Of a stretch of 64,000 nt of DNA, positions 25,243 to 38,986 are shown in pieces (positions within the stretch are counted from its first letter, which is position 1; every line of letters starts with the position of its first letter). This DNA comes from Macrostomum lignano. Taxonomy: Eukaryota. The stretch covers positions 16,533 to 80,532 of the forward strand of contig NIVC01003724.1 of NCBI GenBank assembly GCA_002269645.1, given 5' to 3'. Both the position numbers and the translations under genes were made by a program. The notes beneath the pieces were generated by a model. The model did no database searches, had not been told where the DNA came from, and saw only the letters and a list, made by a program, of their open reading frames with translations.

Positions 25243-26263
25243 CTTAAAAGCATCGTTATTTCAGTTTAATAAATCCCTATTCAAGTAAAATTGTATGGAA
25301 TAATACTTTTTGATAAACTATATATAGCTTCTAACCTCTCAACCTAGATATTCTAACAATTCCCCCAATAAGCTTTGACATTAGCAATTCTCTAAGTATG
25401 CCTCAACATCTTAGCAATTCTCTTACTAAGTCTAGACATCTTAGCAATTCTCCCAGTAAGCCCCCTGACATATCAGCAATCTAGTATCCTATTTGGGATA
25501 GCCAATAAACAAGGCCCAAAATTATTTATGCAAATCTATTAAAAAATAAATTTTCTTAAAAGCATATATGCCAGATAGCAAGCATTTCCTAATAGCAAAC
25601 AACCCAATATAGCATTTGCCAAATAACAAGCACCCAGCAAATAGTAAGCATCTCCTAGATTGAAAGTATCCTACCAAATACCAAGCATACCCCAGATAGA
25701 AAATAGCTAATGGTAATAATCCTTTTCTTATCTAGTGCAATAATCCTTTTTTAGCTAATGCAATATTCTATTTCTTAACTAATGCAATTTTTTAGCTGGT
25801 ACAATAATCTTTTTCTCATTTATCTATTGCAATAATTCCTTTTATATCTAGTGCAATAATCCTTTCCTTATCTAGTATAATAATCTCTAATTTAAGTGAG
25901 TAGAATAATCTGTCTCAGTTAATACAATAATCCTTTTGTTAATAAATATTTTAATAAAAAATATATTACTCTATATATATATCATTAGCACCTCATTTGA
26001 AGGAAATAATTCTATCTATTATATTCATTTATGAATGGGCAATAAAAAAGTTCTTACTTACCTAATGGAAATTTAGACTGCTTTATTAAAATTTCAGCAT
26101 TTAACTTATAGAATCTAGTGTTTAAAATATAATATTTTGAGATTGTATACTTTTTAAAGACCAACTTTCTAGAAAAAATGCATATTATATTAATTAGAAA
26201 AATATTTTTTCTTTACACTTACACATTATTATATAACACATATAAAAGATATATTATATATAT

Positions 26264-26940
26264 GGCAATGACTATTCGTCTGGTACCAGATAAATAAAAG
26301 TGAAGTTATTTGTCCAGTATTGGATAAAAAAACAGTGAAGTTATTTGTCTAGTACTGGCTGAGCTGTGTGAATTTATATGCCACTCTACATATCTATTCT
26401 AGCAAGGTATAACTAGTGTGATGTTAGAGTGTCTTCCTAATGATTAGTCAGTACTGAGTTTGAATCTGTAGTGATGACTCCACTTTTTTTGCAACAACTC
26501 CAAGTGTTATTGTAATAACTCTAAGTCCTTACTTTGGCATATGTGTTACACAGTAGCAAATGTCATTATTAATTTTGACTGTACTATGACTACTGTTTAA
26601 TGTGAAACCATACTGATATATATAGAAAGAAATATAATATTAATACAGGTAAAAATTATACAAAACTGTTGGATTGGGCAAAATGACTATGCTCAAGTTT
26701 TTTTGCCCAAAATTCTAGAATTTCTGAGAAATAGCACTATCTAATCATAACAAATATTTTCTACTTCTAGCCTAAAAATGAACTGTATACTACTTTTTTG
26801 AGTATTCCCTGTATTTTACAAGTTTTTATTTTATATTTACATCCATACTGTGCTGGACAAATACCTTCACTTTTATTTATCTAGTACTGGATGAATAATA
26901 GTTACGTTATTCATCCAATACCAGACAAATAGTCACTGCC
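26264..26940. mobile_element. MITE-like element, TIR GGCARTGACTATTYGTCTGGTA, inserted in (TA)n
   Basis: Imperfect TIR of about 30 bp with internal subrepeats; TA runs on both flanks. Confidence 0.7.
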
Positions 26941-27466
26941 TATATATATACATATATATATATAAATAAATATTGTTGATTTCTTTAACTTTTCTTTGAG
27001 TTTATTTTCTAGATTATACAAATCTGCTTTAATTATATCTATTAACTATTTGCTATATTTTTTAAACTGAGATTTTATGTTAACATATTCTATGCACATA
27101 CATGTAGGGGCGGTAAGGGCCTAGAATTGGCATTCAATTTGTCATTTGTGCAATGGATGCAAAAAACTGTTTAGTCCACTTTGAGATGCATATTTAAGAA
27201 TTTTCTTGAGTGTACATGAAAATTTAAATGTGTTTTATTCACTTTAACAAACAAATACTCATAAAAAATGTATGAAAAATGAACAGTGAAGTGAATGCTC
27301 CATACACATATTTGGCACTGAAGTAAGTAACATGTCAGTCTTGGCCAACTTTAACTTTGTAATTAGCCAAAATGTCACATAGGTTTTTACATAATAGATT
27401 AAATGAGATAACAGATACTGAACAAATTACAAGCAGAAGAATCAATTGGAAACCATACCAAAAAAA

Positions 27467-27886
27467 ATTTCGAAGAGCTTGCGTGCACGGCAGCCGTTCA
27501 CGTAAGCTCAGAATTGCGTGCACGGCGGCTATCTACCTAGTCACTTAGCCTAGTGCTATATTTGCATGTATGCAGCCGTCCACCTAGTGTTGTAATTGCG
27601 TGCACGGCAGCCGGCAATTGGCCGGGACTGGGGCCCTTAAATCCACGCATTGGCATTGGCAAACCTAATTAAAAAATATTTTTACTATATTGTTTTATAA
27701 TGTTTTATCCCCCGTACACCATGGACTGCAAATGTAATCTTAATTCATTGTTTTTTTGTTAACTTGAATATTCATTCGAATAGTATATGACTTACTGTAT
27801 TAAGCCTATAAGATATAGCTCTGCCGTGCACGCAATTCTGAGCTTACGTGAACGGCGGCCGTGCACGCAAGCTCTTCGAAAAATTT
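27467..27886. mobile_element. Foldback/MITE-like element with ~65-bp inverted arms (TGCGTGCACGGC motifs)
   Basis: 27467-27534 is the near-perfect reverse complement of 27813-27886; CpG-rich inside a CpG-void region; no TSD resolved. Confidence 0.75.
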
Positions 27887-28563
27887 TTATCGAGAAACGA
27901 AATTAAAGTTAAATAAGTTTGGGCTTTCCTGTAAAAAACTGATTTAAACGAAAACGAAAAACTATTTAATAAAGTAATTGTAGTTTACATATTTTAAAAT
28001 AAGCAAGAAAATTTAAACTAGCAACAACTAGCCATTTATTAAGTTTCTAATCTACAATGTTAAAAATGTACATCGATCTGTGTTTTAATGCTTTTAAGCA
28101 ATCTGGTCTGTAATATCCGCGTATAATCTAAGAAACTTCCCACATTTCTCAGTAATCGGTCAGCCTTGTTAGTGCTAAGTTAAGGTTTTCCATTATATTG
28201 TTTTTTCATCTGATTGAAATTTTTTCATGTGTACTAGAATGCTCATCTATATGTAAAAAGAATGTAGAGAAAGACAGAAACTGAATTTGGTAAGTTGCAT
28301 TCTGAATTATTCAATTAGGGAGACTAGTAGCCATGCCCATAGTAAGCTTATGGCATATTATTTGTTTGTTAATTTAAGAAACATTAGGCCTATGTTAGAT
28401 TTTTTTACTGTTTAAAGGTAATTTTTAACCAATTAGCAATATTCTAGGCTATCTATATAATTAAAAACTTCTAGACCTAGTAAGAGAAGAGTCACATTTG
28501 GTGTCAACACAAATAGCTCTTTGAGTTAGTATTCTAACAAACTAGCAAACTACATATTCAAAT

Positions 28564-30420
28564 GGATCCTAGTCATTTTATCAACTGCCATTTCGTCAAC
28601 TAGACACATTGTCAACCTGTTCCCTATATTGGTCATTTCGTCAACCAACCAATAAGATACTTTCAAGGCAGTTGTTATTGTTTGGTATAAATAACAAAAT
28701 GGTTATTTTTATGGTTAATGCATAAGACACTATGCGGGCCTATGGTCTTTACTTAATTTAACTGTATAAATAGCAAAACTGTTATTTTTACAGTCATTGT
28801 AGGTAGGAAGCAAAATGGCTATTTTTACGGTCATGTAGAAGAAATTTCTGTTAAATTATAAGGTAATAGTTAACAATTACCAAAAGTAAGCTACCATGAC
28901 AAGAACTACTAAAAGTTACCATCATATTTATTAATAAAATGCTTCTTTATTTTTTAAATTTAACCATCATAATATTTGTATAGCAAGTTCGTCACTTCAT
29001 TTAGATGGTATTGTTTTAAGTGTTAACCGTAAAAATAACTGTCTTGCTATTTATATGGTCACTGTAACAATAACAACTGCCTACTTTCAAAGCTTGGTTA
29101 TTTTGTCAACTATTCAATGGGACAATGTCAACTTTTGGTCACTTCAACTGCCAATAATATATGCCTCGCATGCAGCCCTCCTCCTTTCTCATTCTGGGTT
29201 TGGGACTTAACAATGGCAGAGTTACTGCCACAAAGATGCAGTTTATATGGTAAAAAAAACTGCATTGCACAAAATCACAAAGATCACAAAAGGCACTACA
29301 AAGGTCACAATCAAATATAAAGCTGAAGATATATACAGAATGTACACGAATTACACTGTATAGCCTATTGATATGGCCACACAGTCTTTGAGCACTGAAT
29401 ATATTTATCAGTCTCCATTACCAAGATATAAAAAATTGAGTGGCCCTCTTGAAACCCTACTCCATTATATAGTGTTTGAGGAGGTTGTAGTGTTAGGTTT
29501 AAAGTATTTTGGATTGGTTTGGCTAGTAGGGTTGTTGAGATATGATAGTTAGGGATATAAGACATGGTGCTAATTTGCACCTCACAAGAACTGCCTACCA
29601 ATTAAATGTGTCATGTACCCCTCCCTTCTAATACCACCTATGTTTCGATTGAAACCAAGACCAAAATAGGGCACATAAGCTAGGGTGCACATTGACAGCT
29701 TAAGGGGAGAGGTGGATGCAAAGATGGATTGAGAGAATAGGTATTAATGCGAAGGGCCTTGGTTCAAGTTACAGAGACAAGGCACGTTGTCAGTTTGGGG
29801 ATGGGGTGTGAAGATGGATTGAAAAGAGTCAGTTTAAAGTGGACAAGCTTTGGCATTCACCAGAGTTAATTAGGAATAAGCCACATTGGGCTCTTACCAT
29901 GTGTAGCTAAAAGCATAGCTATATAAGAGCTATTTATATACTTGACCATCTCTCAGTCTCTTTGTCAGTCTTTCTTTCTTTCTTTGTATCTCTGTTGGTA
30001 TGAAAAATGAATAATATGAGGAAGGTAGTGGTTCTTTTTGTGGTGAATTCAAAAGTAGTCAAAGAAGAAGATGGAAAGTGTGAAATATTCTTGCCTTTAT
30101 AGTGGCATGCTTGTTGCATATGTATACAAATTAATAAAGAACGTTCCAGAAAATCAGGAAATTTCTAGAATAGTACCCAATAATAACAAATGTAATAAGC
30201 GGATATGACATGTGTTGGTTGATGTACATATTATGAAATTTGCAAACTGTAGCTAGCCAGTTGATGAAGTAACTAACATTCTCAGGTCATTTCGTCAACT
30301 GACTAATGAACCAATCTAAAACCTTGTCATTTTGTCAACTGCAAGTGAGAACACCTTAAAATGTTGGTCAATTCATCAACCAAATTGACAAACTGGCAGT
30401 TGACAAAATGACCAGCACCC
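28564..30420. mobile_element. ~1.86-kb non-autonomous DNA transposon, decayed 27-bp TIR GGGTGCTGGTCATTTTGTCAACTGCCA
   Basis: Left GGATCCTAGTCATTTTATCAACTGCCA versus right TGGCAGTTGACAAAATGACCAGCACCC; flanks ATTCAAAT/ATTCAAAC; GTCATTTCGTCAAC subterminal repeats. Confidence 0.65.
28667..29081. mobile_element. Nested MITE, TIR GGCAGTTGTTATTGTT, 9-bp TSD TACTTTCAA (Mutator-type)
   Basis: TSD at 28658-28666 and 29082-29090. Confidence 0.85.
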
Positions 30421-31166
30421 ATTCAAACTAGGCTTGTGTAACTTAATGTATAAAGCTTCAATGATCCTTGGTTTGAAATCATTCTGCAACTATCATCTAA
30501 TATAAATATATAAATATTTATATTAGAATGTCACAAGATATGGACAAATAGCCTTCAATAAATAGACTAGTATCTTTACTTCTTATTCAATTAAATACAC
30601 CTAGACCAAATGCTAACCCCACCCTCCCAAATCAGTGCCCCTAAATCCTTGTTCTATAAACTCAATTCCAAATTTTTCACTTCTCCTAGTCTCAAATCTG
30701 AGCACAACATACTTGCAACTGCTTAAGCACCCTTGTTTTTCCTTAAGATGTAGACCACATGGTTTCCCATTCTTAATTTCCTCTCTTCATTTATAAGCCA
30801 CAAGCCCACAACCTGTAACACTCTTAACTCTTCAAACTCAAGCTTCTTAGTCTTCTATTTTCCTAAATGCCTTCTCAAATCTTAATATAATATGCTTTAT
30901 TGTTACTTATCTATTCTTTCTACCTTTCCTAAGAGCACAACTATCCCTAATTCCTTCCTTTCATTTATAAGCCACAATATCAATCTTCTATTCTTGACTT
31001 GTTCCAAATCTGTGTTCTATATCAAAGCAACTCTTTGGTATTTGTCAATTTTCCAATTCCAATTCAAGCTAAATATTTGTTTGATTTAATTTAATTCCAA
31101 ATATTCCAATATTTGTCTGATCTCTAAAAGAAACACTGATTAACAGAGCAATGGAATTGATAGACC

Positions 31167-31464
31167 CATACATGCGCAACAGTCGGCCAAGTTGGCTGAT
31201 CCGGCCGACTGATTTGGCAGCCAACCAAGGAAGTCGCAAAAATTCCCACCCGAAAAAACACCCAAGTAGTAGTACTAAGTAGCTGACGAGGCCTGTTGGC
31301 TTAATAGGACAGTCATAGTTACTCCTGCCATTTACCCAAAGTTGCATTTATTTTGCTTCAAGGTTTTTTTATATGTAAGTCACATTTTTGGCCAAAAACG
31401 ACGTCACATTTTTGCTAAAACTAAGTTGCATGGCCGACCAAATTTTGGAGGTTGCACATGTATG
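31167..31464 (-). mobile_element. Second copy of the CATACATG MITE, inverted; TSD GATAGACC/GATAGACA
   Basis: Aligns end to end with the reverse complement of 24947-25242. Confidence 0.9.
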
Positions 31465-32502
31465 GATAGACACCTGCCTTGAAAGGAGAAGGCATCTCAT
31501 AGCTAACTATGATGATATTAAGGATTCAGAGCCATATCTAGTTCTTGAAAATTTTATAGAAAACTAGGCAGCAGCTACTCATATAGTAGCACATTATAAA
31601 TAGTATTGTTTTTAATTTTTTGCATTTTCAATTTTGCGACTTACCTTGGCTAGTGGCCATTTCACCTATCCAGTTTGGATGGGTGTTGGTCATGTATGAC
31701 TATGCACCAATCTTAACCCCAGTGTATTATGTCTATGGGCACATTGTTATAACAGCATAATTATTACGATGATTGATAATTAATTTTAAGAAAAACATTC
31801 CTTTTTTACTAGCCTATAGACAGCCAACTCTTGAATGTAGATCAACTAGCACACAGTTAAGAGGGATGATGCTCATACTCATTTATTAAATTCAGACAGG
31901 TGTTTAGCTAATTAGAGATAAGGAAGAATTAAGAGTTGCTCAACATTAATTATCAAGTTGCAAAATTGATAATCACAAATGAAAAATAGAGTAGCAAAAA
32001 GAATAAAGGCAAGAGGAAGAAGAACAATAAAAATGGCAGAACAAAGCAAAAATAAAAAAAAGCAAAACAAAACAGAAAGCAAAAAACGATAGAAAGTAAA
32101 GTATATCAAAAAAGTGAACTAAGTTGCATTTTCAGTCAAAACTAAGTCACGGCTTGTGTCATTTCAAAACTTGCAGATGTATGGTGCTAGGTGTGAAAAA
32201 TAACTAGGAGCCTAGAGGGGGGGTGGGGGTACTTTTGATTGTCAAATGTAAGTTTATCTGTTAGCATGGACTCTGCAGTATTGGCAAAATGTCTGACATA
32301 TCAACAAGCATGTGCATTAATGCCCCTTGTAAATTTTAGATCCTCCGGCACAACATATCCTGTTACATTGGGACAAGAAAATCTCTCAGCAATCAATCGC
32401 ATTAAAGGAAGGAAACGTCTGCATAGTGAAATTATTATTGCTCAGTTAGTTGCATAAAGGAACACAAGACAGTTATTTACACTTGTTTAGCTTCAACCTG
32501 AC

Positions 32503-35500
32503 ATGCCCTCTGGTCAGAGCATGCAGCAGCAGCAGCGTAACAGTCGCGGTACATCTTCTCGCAATCGTCCTGCAGGACAAAACAATCTTAAGTAAGCCGA
32601 AGGGTGTCCACTTATTCAAGAATGGTTGAATTCATTCAAATTTTGCAACCATTGTCTTGACTGCCGTTTGATTCGCAATTTATGACTTTTTTAGCCGCCC
32701 CGTCTATGGGAAGGGCCTGACTTCTTACAGTCGCGGCGGTGGCAACGCGGGCCACGGCGGCGCTCCGCCCGCATTTGGCCAGGTCTGTTGTTGTTTGTTT
32801 AAATCATTCATCTATCACTTGATAATTATTCCCTATTCATGCTGTCAATCAAACAATCTTGCCAATCAGCATAAATCATTTTTTTAACCAAAAAACATCT
32901 CCGAGCAGGCCGGCGGTGCCGGGCAGCAGCCCCAGCTGGACAATATTCAGGGCATCATGACCAATCCGTCCTTTGTCCACGTGGCCACCCGCTACCTGAT
33001 TGGCCAGCCGGTGAAGCTGGAGCTAGTTGACAGCCAGCAGCCAAGTCCGGAAGGTGTGTTGCGCACCATCATGTCGCCGGACACTCTGCGCATTTATCAG
33101 TCGGACAGCGGCAACGGCAACAACAACGATATGTTTGTCCGACTGGCCGACATCAAGGAGTTCACCGTGGCCGATGTTGACTGCAACGAGGTGCTGAAAA
33201 CCGTCTCCGCGGCAGCGGCGGCCAATCACCAGCGCGCCAGCCCGGCCCCGGCCGCCAACTCGCCTTCACCTGGCCCCACCGATTCCATTGCCGCCGCAGG
33301 TTCAACGACGGCGCAAAAATCGACGCCGTCTGGCAACGTTGAAAGCTTCGTCACTGACGAGGGCATCGCCACGGCTACTAAGAAGCCACAGGTGGTGCTG
33401 CAGCGCCATCGTCCGCCTCAGTCGCAGACTTCAACATCGTCTAACGCTTCAACGGCGTCGAATGCGAAAGCGCCGGCGGACGCCGCTGCTGCTGCTGGAA
33501 GTCAGGGCGGCGGTGACTTGCAGGTTTGTTGGAAATATATTGCTGCTTTTTATACCAATAACTGTAAGAGGAATGTAATAGTAAAGAAAATTATGTAACT
33601 ACTGATAGGCTCTTCTCTGTTTGAAAGGAATTCCCCGCCTCTTCTTAACATTCGCTGTCACATCTTCCTCATATCTTCCTCCTACAGAATCGCCCTCTCC
33701 CTACAGAATCGCCCTCTCCCACAGAATCGCCCTCTCCCACAGAATCGCCCTCTCCCACAGAATCGCCCTCTTCTAGGCAATCGCCCTCCTAAAGAATCGC
33801 CCTCTCCTACAGAATCGCCCTCTTCTACGCAATCGCCCTCCTAAAGAATCGCCCTCCCTACAGAATCGCCTTTTTCTACAGAATCTTGGATAATCGCAAA
33901 AATCCGAAGCATGGCTCCACTCCAGCAGTCCGCCTCCTACGCACCCCGCAGATGTTCGAATTCGACGAGAAGCCCGTCGCCGAGAACCTATCAGGTTTGG
34001 AGTCGGCCACCTTCAAATCGGCCAAAAGCGGCGGCCCGTTATTCGATCCGCACGAGATGTTCAAACGAAACGAGACCCTGATGGGGCCGTCCAGCTTCCA
34101 GGACCACCTGCCGGAGTACACCACGCCGCTGGTGCGCACCAACGACCCGGATTGGCAGCGTCGCGAGGAGCGGGCGACTCAATTGGCTCGCGAGATCGAG
34201 GGCAACAGAGACTACAGGGACAATATCTGTAGGGAGAGTCGCGACGACATGGACGAGGAGATGCGATATTCAGCCGTGCACAGGCCCGGACAGGACGCTC
34301 CTGCTGCTCGGCCGGCCAAGTCCAAGCTGGACACCCCGCCGCCGGCCAGGACTCCGCCTATCCAGCAGCAGCAGCAATCAGCAGCTCCAGCAACCACAGC
34401 CGCCACCACGGCAGCGACACCTGCGCCAACCTCAGCGGCTCCTACAGGTTCTGGACAGCCACCGCCTCGCGATCAGTCTAAGTACTGCCCGCCTAACCGC
34501 AGGCCCAATCAGCAGCAGGTGCCTCCGCCATCGGCTGTTGCCGTGCCCCCAGCCATGATGCAGCAGCCGGCGGTGGCCGCCGCCGTTCTGCAGCCTCCGC
34601 CGCCTCTGCCCCAGTCGGCTATGATCCCGTCTGTGATGCAGCAACCACCGCCTCCGCAGCACGCTATGCTGCACCAGCCGCCGCCGCCCATGCCTGCCGG
34701 TATGCCGCCGCCAAATATGGTTGGCAACGGCGGCGTTAGGACGGCAGTGGAGCCGCTAATGCAACAGCAGGTGACTCCGCCGCCGGCCATCTTGGCTAAG
34801 CAGCAGCAGCAGCTTCAACAGCAGCAGCAGCAGCGGCCTGTGCCAGGCGGCTCTCGAACACCGTCACGCCAGATGAGCCAGCAGTCGCCTGAGCCGCAGC
34901 AGCAGCCGCAGCAGCAGTCGGCTCCGCCAGCGACCTCAGCTGAATCTGGCGCGTCCGCCTCGGGTTCGAATTCGTCCAGCTCAACAAAGCAGGGCCTGAA
35001 TGTATTCGCTGAAGAGTTCGTGCCGACTGCTCCGTCCGCTGCTCAGCCGGCCGCCGCTTCGCGCGCGAATCCGCAGCCTCAGCCGCCTCCGCCGCCGCCG
35101 CCAGCGCCGCCGCCTCCGCCAACGTCGCAGCTGCCGCCCAATATTCAAGCGCTGCCAACTCATTCGGCCTCGCAGGCTCCGGCAATGGCAGCCAACATGC
35201 CGCCAAGCTTTATGCAGCCGCCGATGCCAACTTCCTCAGTTAGCATCTACAGCAGCTACGCTGGCGGCCGGCCCATCCCGGCTCAGCAGCCCGCAGCCGC
35301 CGCTGCGCAACAGCATCAGTTTATGCAGCTGTCCTCCGGCTATCAGCAGCCTGGCTACATGCCCTTCCAGCCAATCATGCATCCCGGCGCTGTCGGCTAC
35401 GCGCCGCACGCCTACGCGCCTCCGCCGCAGATGCCGCCAATGCAGCAGCAGCAGCAGCCTCCGCAGCACCAGCATCAGCACTCGCAGCCGCATCATCATC

Positions 35501-36162
35501 AGCAGCAGCAACAACAACAGCAGCAGCAGCAGCAGCAAGCGGGTCAGCAGAAGCCAAACCAGTCTGCCCCGCCTTCACAGTACGGCCAGCAGCAGCAGCC
35601 GGGTGGCGGCGGCGGCGGCGGCGCTGGCGGATCTCAACAGCAGCAGCAATCGGCTGTCGCCGCCGCTGCCGCCGCTGCAGCCGCAGCCAATCCGCCCATG
35701 CGTCTGCATGTGACGAACGCTCCTGGCCAGATTCTGATGCCTTCAGGCTACCCCAGTCACTACATGCTGCAGCCGCCGCCGCCTCAGCAGCAGCAGCAGC
35801 AACAGCAACAACCGCCGCATTCGCAGCATCAACAGCACCAACAGCAGCGGTCTTCGCAGCAGCAACAGCAGCAGCAGCAACAACAGCAGCAACAACATCA
35901 ACAAGCGGCTGCCGCTGCTGCCGCCGCCGCAGCAGCCGCCGGCGCCCCCGGCATGACAACGGCTCCGATGATGCCGCTAGCGGCTCAGTACTTCCACCCG
36001 CAGTCGGTGCAGTCTGTGCAGTACTATACACTGCAGCCTCACCCGCAGCAGGTGCCGCAGGCTGCCGTGGCTTTGCAATACCCGCCAATGCCGCCAGGGC
36101 CGTCGGCCGCAGCCTATCCGCCTATCTATCACCAGCCGTATTATCCGCAGGCGGCGCCCTGA
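32503..36162 (+). CDS. ATXN2: Ataxin-2 family protein (Lsm, LsmAD, PAM2, polyQ/P-rich tail)
   Basis: Phase-consistent exons 32503-32591, 32695-32782, 32909-33523, 33952-36162. Lsm start GIMTNPSFVHVATRYLIG; LsmAD FDPHEMFKRNE...YTTPL...REERATQLAREIE...EEMRYSAV; PAM2 GLNVFAEEFVP. Confidence 0.93.
33685..33885. repeat. 18-19-bp repeat AGAATCGCCCTCTCCCAC in ATXN2 intron 3
   Basis: Directly visible, about 10 units. Confidence 0.9.
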
Positions 36163-38786
36163 GTAGCCAATCGGGTCTGAACAGGCCCCGATCGGCTACT
36201 TTAGTGACTTGCGGCACAGTGAGCGGACATATTAATGCTGCATATTATATTATTTAGAGAGAGTGATGACGCGCAAACAGAACACCTGTGCAGTCCGGAC
36301 CGTTTAGCAGATATAATCCTATTTAAGAAAAGTCACCTTTTCTCGAATCCAATTCTTATTAAGGGGCGGGAGGGTCGAGGAATAATTTATTCGCAGCGCA
36401 CACTGAAGTATTGGCCACTTCGGATTCTAAGCCGGATTTTACCTACCCTGCATGTACTTTTGTGTGTGCGCGATTGATCAATTGGGCAATAGCGTGTTCC
36501 TGCTAATATGGCTTTGTGTTTTTTTTCTCTTTTACACACAGTTTTTGCCCGAGACCTTCCTTTGGTGTGTTCTCTAAGACCGCTTTTTGATTTTAACAAA
36601 ATTGATTTCGTCAGTCAGTCTCAGTCAGCTAATGTCCACAGCAGTTGGCCGCATATCCTTCTGTGCTTCTTTTAAATTCCGATTCTTCATCCACTCTTAT
36701 TCCCCAAATATTCGAATCCCAGATTATCCCGATCCCTTCAGTGCCCAGATAGCAGATCTGAAAATTGTACTAGCTTAATTGTATAGCATTGAATTTGTGC
36801 AAGCATTCGTCAGTTTTTTGTTCTCTCTTCCCCTCCCATTGTCTCTTCTGCTTCTGTAATGCAATCCGTCTGAGTCCATTCTTAGTCTCCCACACAGCAA
36901 GCGGAATTCGATCACGTGGCCCAGGCCCGCCCAAGACGTCTGCAGAACTCTGTGTTATAAAAACAAACATCGTTGTTGTTGTAGTACTATTTAGTAGTAT
37001 ATATAGTAGATAGGAGTATGTGTAGTTTTCTTAACAAAAACTTTAAGAATGTCTATATAAGAATCAGTTCGTGTCTTTTTTAAAATTCTGTTATTAAAAA
37101 TTGACTTTCGGAGAGCACGCGATCTGCAGCGCTGCTCGCTCGGTTATCGTTTTCCGTCTGCTCCCCCCGCCCGCTAGAACGGTAGAGTTTCGTAAACTAG
37201 TAGCGTCGTAACTTTAATTAAGGGATTTTTATTTGCAAAGAACTTTATTAATATTGTTGCATACCTGTGGCATAATTCTGGCTTGCAAGCATAGTAGATC
37301 TGAGGCGATATAGAGAGATGTATAACACAAGCTACTGCTGTCTGTTGCTGCAGCGGCTGCCGAGACTTCCAAGTCTTATCCACCTGTTGCGCAAGTAGGC
37401 AAGTCTGGTTTTTCTTGTAGTTTATTCTAGCTAATAAATAACAATACGAGGAAGCAAAACAAGCTTAAAATAATTTAAGAACGAATTTCACACTGCAATT
37501 AAATTTAGGCGAATTCGTTTGCTTTTATGCTTCGTGTTTTTTTTTTTCAATTTAATTTGTCAGATCATGATTCTACACTACAGCAGCGTATTGGACTCAG
37601 AAAAGAAAGAAAACAAACGCCTATATATATTCTCTACTTAAAGTAGGCTAAATAGACTTCTACAATATATTTGAAAGTTTAATGTAGTTTTAAAATACAA
37701 ACCGCCGAAATTTACCAAGATTGAAGTGAAGACAATTTTTTTTCTATTTTAAGTTTAGTTCTGAAAAAACGAAACGGGTTCAGTTTGCATGTACAGTTGT
37801 GGTATTGGAAGCGTCTTAGATTGTTCAAATCACTGTTAGCATGGGCCTAAACCCACTGTAAATTGATTTGATCAATCTTGAACCCGCGGAGCTACTAGCG
37901 ATAATGGGAACCCAGCCTTAAATGTGTTTTTGGCAGCTCTTCATTATAGATTATCCTAATTAGAATGCAATTCCTTATCAGTCAGTAATTGCTCGGGCGC
38001 TAATTGCAAAATGGAGCCGTGTAATGTTTCAGAGACGTGTGAGAGTTTCGGCTCACGTGTTATTGCATTAATCGCTAACGCTATAAGGTCATAGATGAGA
38101 TAAAGAATTGTAAAGGTTAATTGGCAATTATAGTTAAGCAATGCATTGCTTTAATTTCTTTAGAGTTTATGGTCCATGTTTTTAAAGTGCACTTTTTCGG
38201 AGGTTACTTAATAGTACAAGATTTGTCTGGTTTCATTTCGCGGGTGGTGAAAGCGTTCTAGTAAAAATAAATGATAATTAAACATGATTTTGCTTTACGG
38301 TACTTCGAAGTACGCAGGGATAAATTACATGCCAATCGGACTGGTAGAAATTAAAATCAACATGAAAATTACATGTAAGCTTTATTTTTTGTACGACAAA
38401 CAAAACAATAAACGCAACTTGTTTTCATACATGTACGATTTCGCTTGCCAAATCTGATTAATCATTTTTCTAAGCTCGACAGCATGTACTTTTAGGGCAA
38501 TCAGAACTCAGAAGACGCAATTAAAAAAAACATTTTTGATTAATAAAAGAAGATTTTAAAGCAAATAACGCATGCCAGCAAGATCTGCAGTACATGTAAG
38601 AAGTTGAATATTTTGTCCTGACTATAATTAATACATTAACTCAGACTTCCGTCTACATTGACGATTGAGATTTCACAGCTCTCCTCGCTTTCAATTCCTG
38701 AAATCGGCTCTCCGAATTTAAGAGATAATTTCAAGAATTTCTTAACTGCCAATACCAGGTGCGGGTACATGTACAAATTAACATCT

Positions 38787-38986
38787 AAAACCGCATTCAA
38801 TTCGAGCACTGGGCAGTGGGCATAGCAAGGGAGCTATAGCCCTTGAAACTAATTGAAAATAAGCTTTGCACGCAGACGAATGAAGGCCATTTAAGTTGGC
38901 CTTCAAGAAGTCTCTTTCAAAGCTACTTCTGCCTATCGTTAAGGACTATAGCTCCTGCACCTAGTGATAGAGTCGAATGCGGTTTT
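38787..38986. mobile_element. 200-bp inverted-repeat element (AAAACCGCATTC...GAATGCGGTTTT)
   Basis: Imperfect arms including GGAGCTATAGYCCTT; no TSD resolved. Confidence 0.5.

Noticed and set aside
33886-33951. N-terminal 22 aa of ORF 33886
   Set aside because: Intronic; the phase-compatible acceptor is CCCCGCAG|ATG at 33951/33952.
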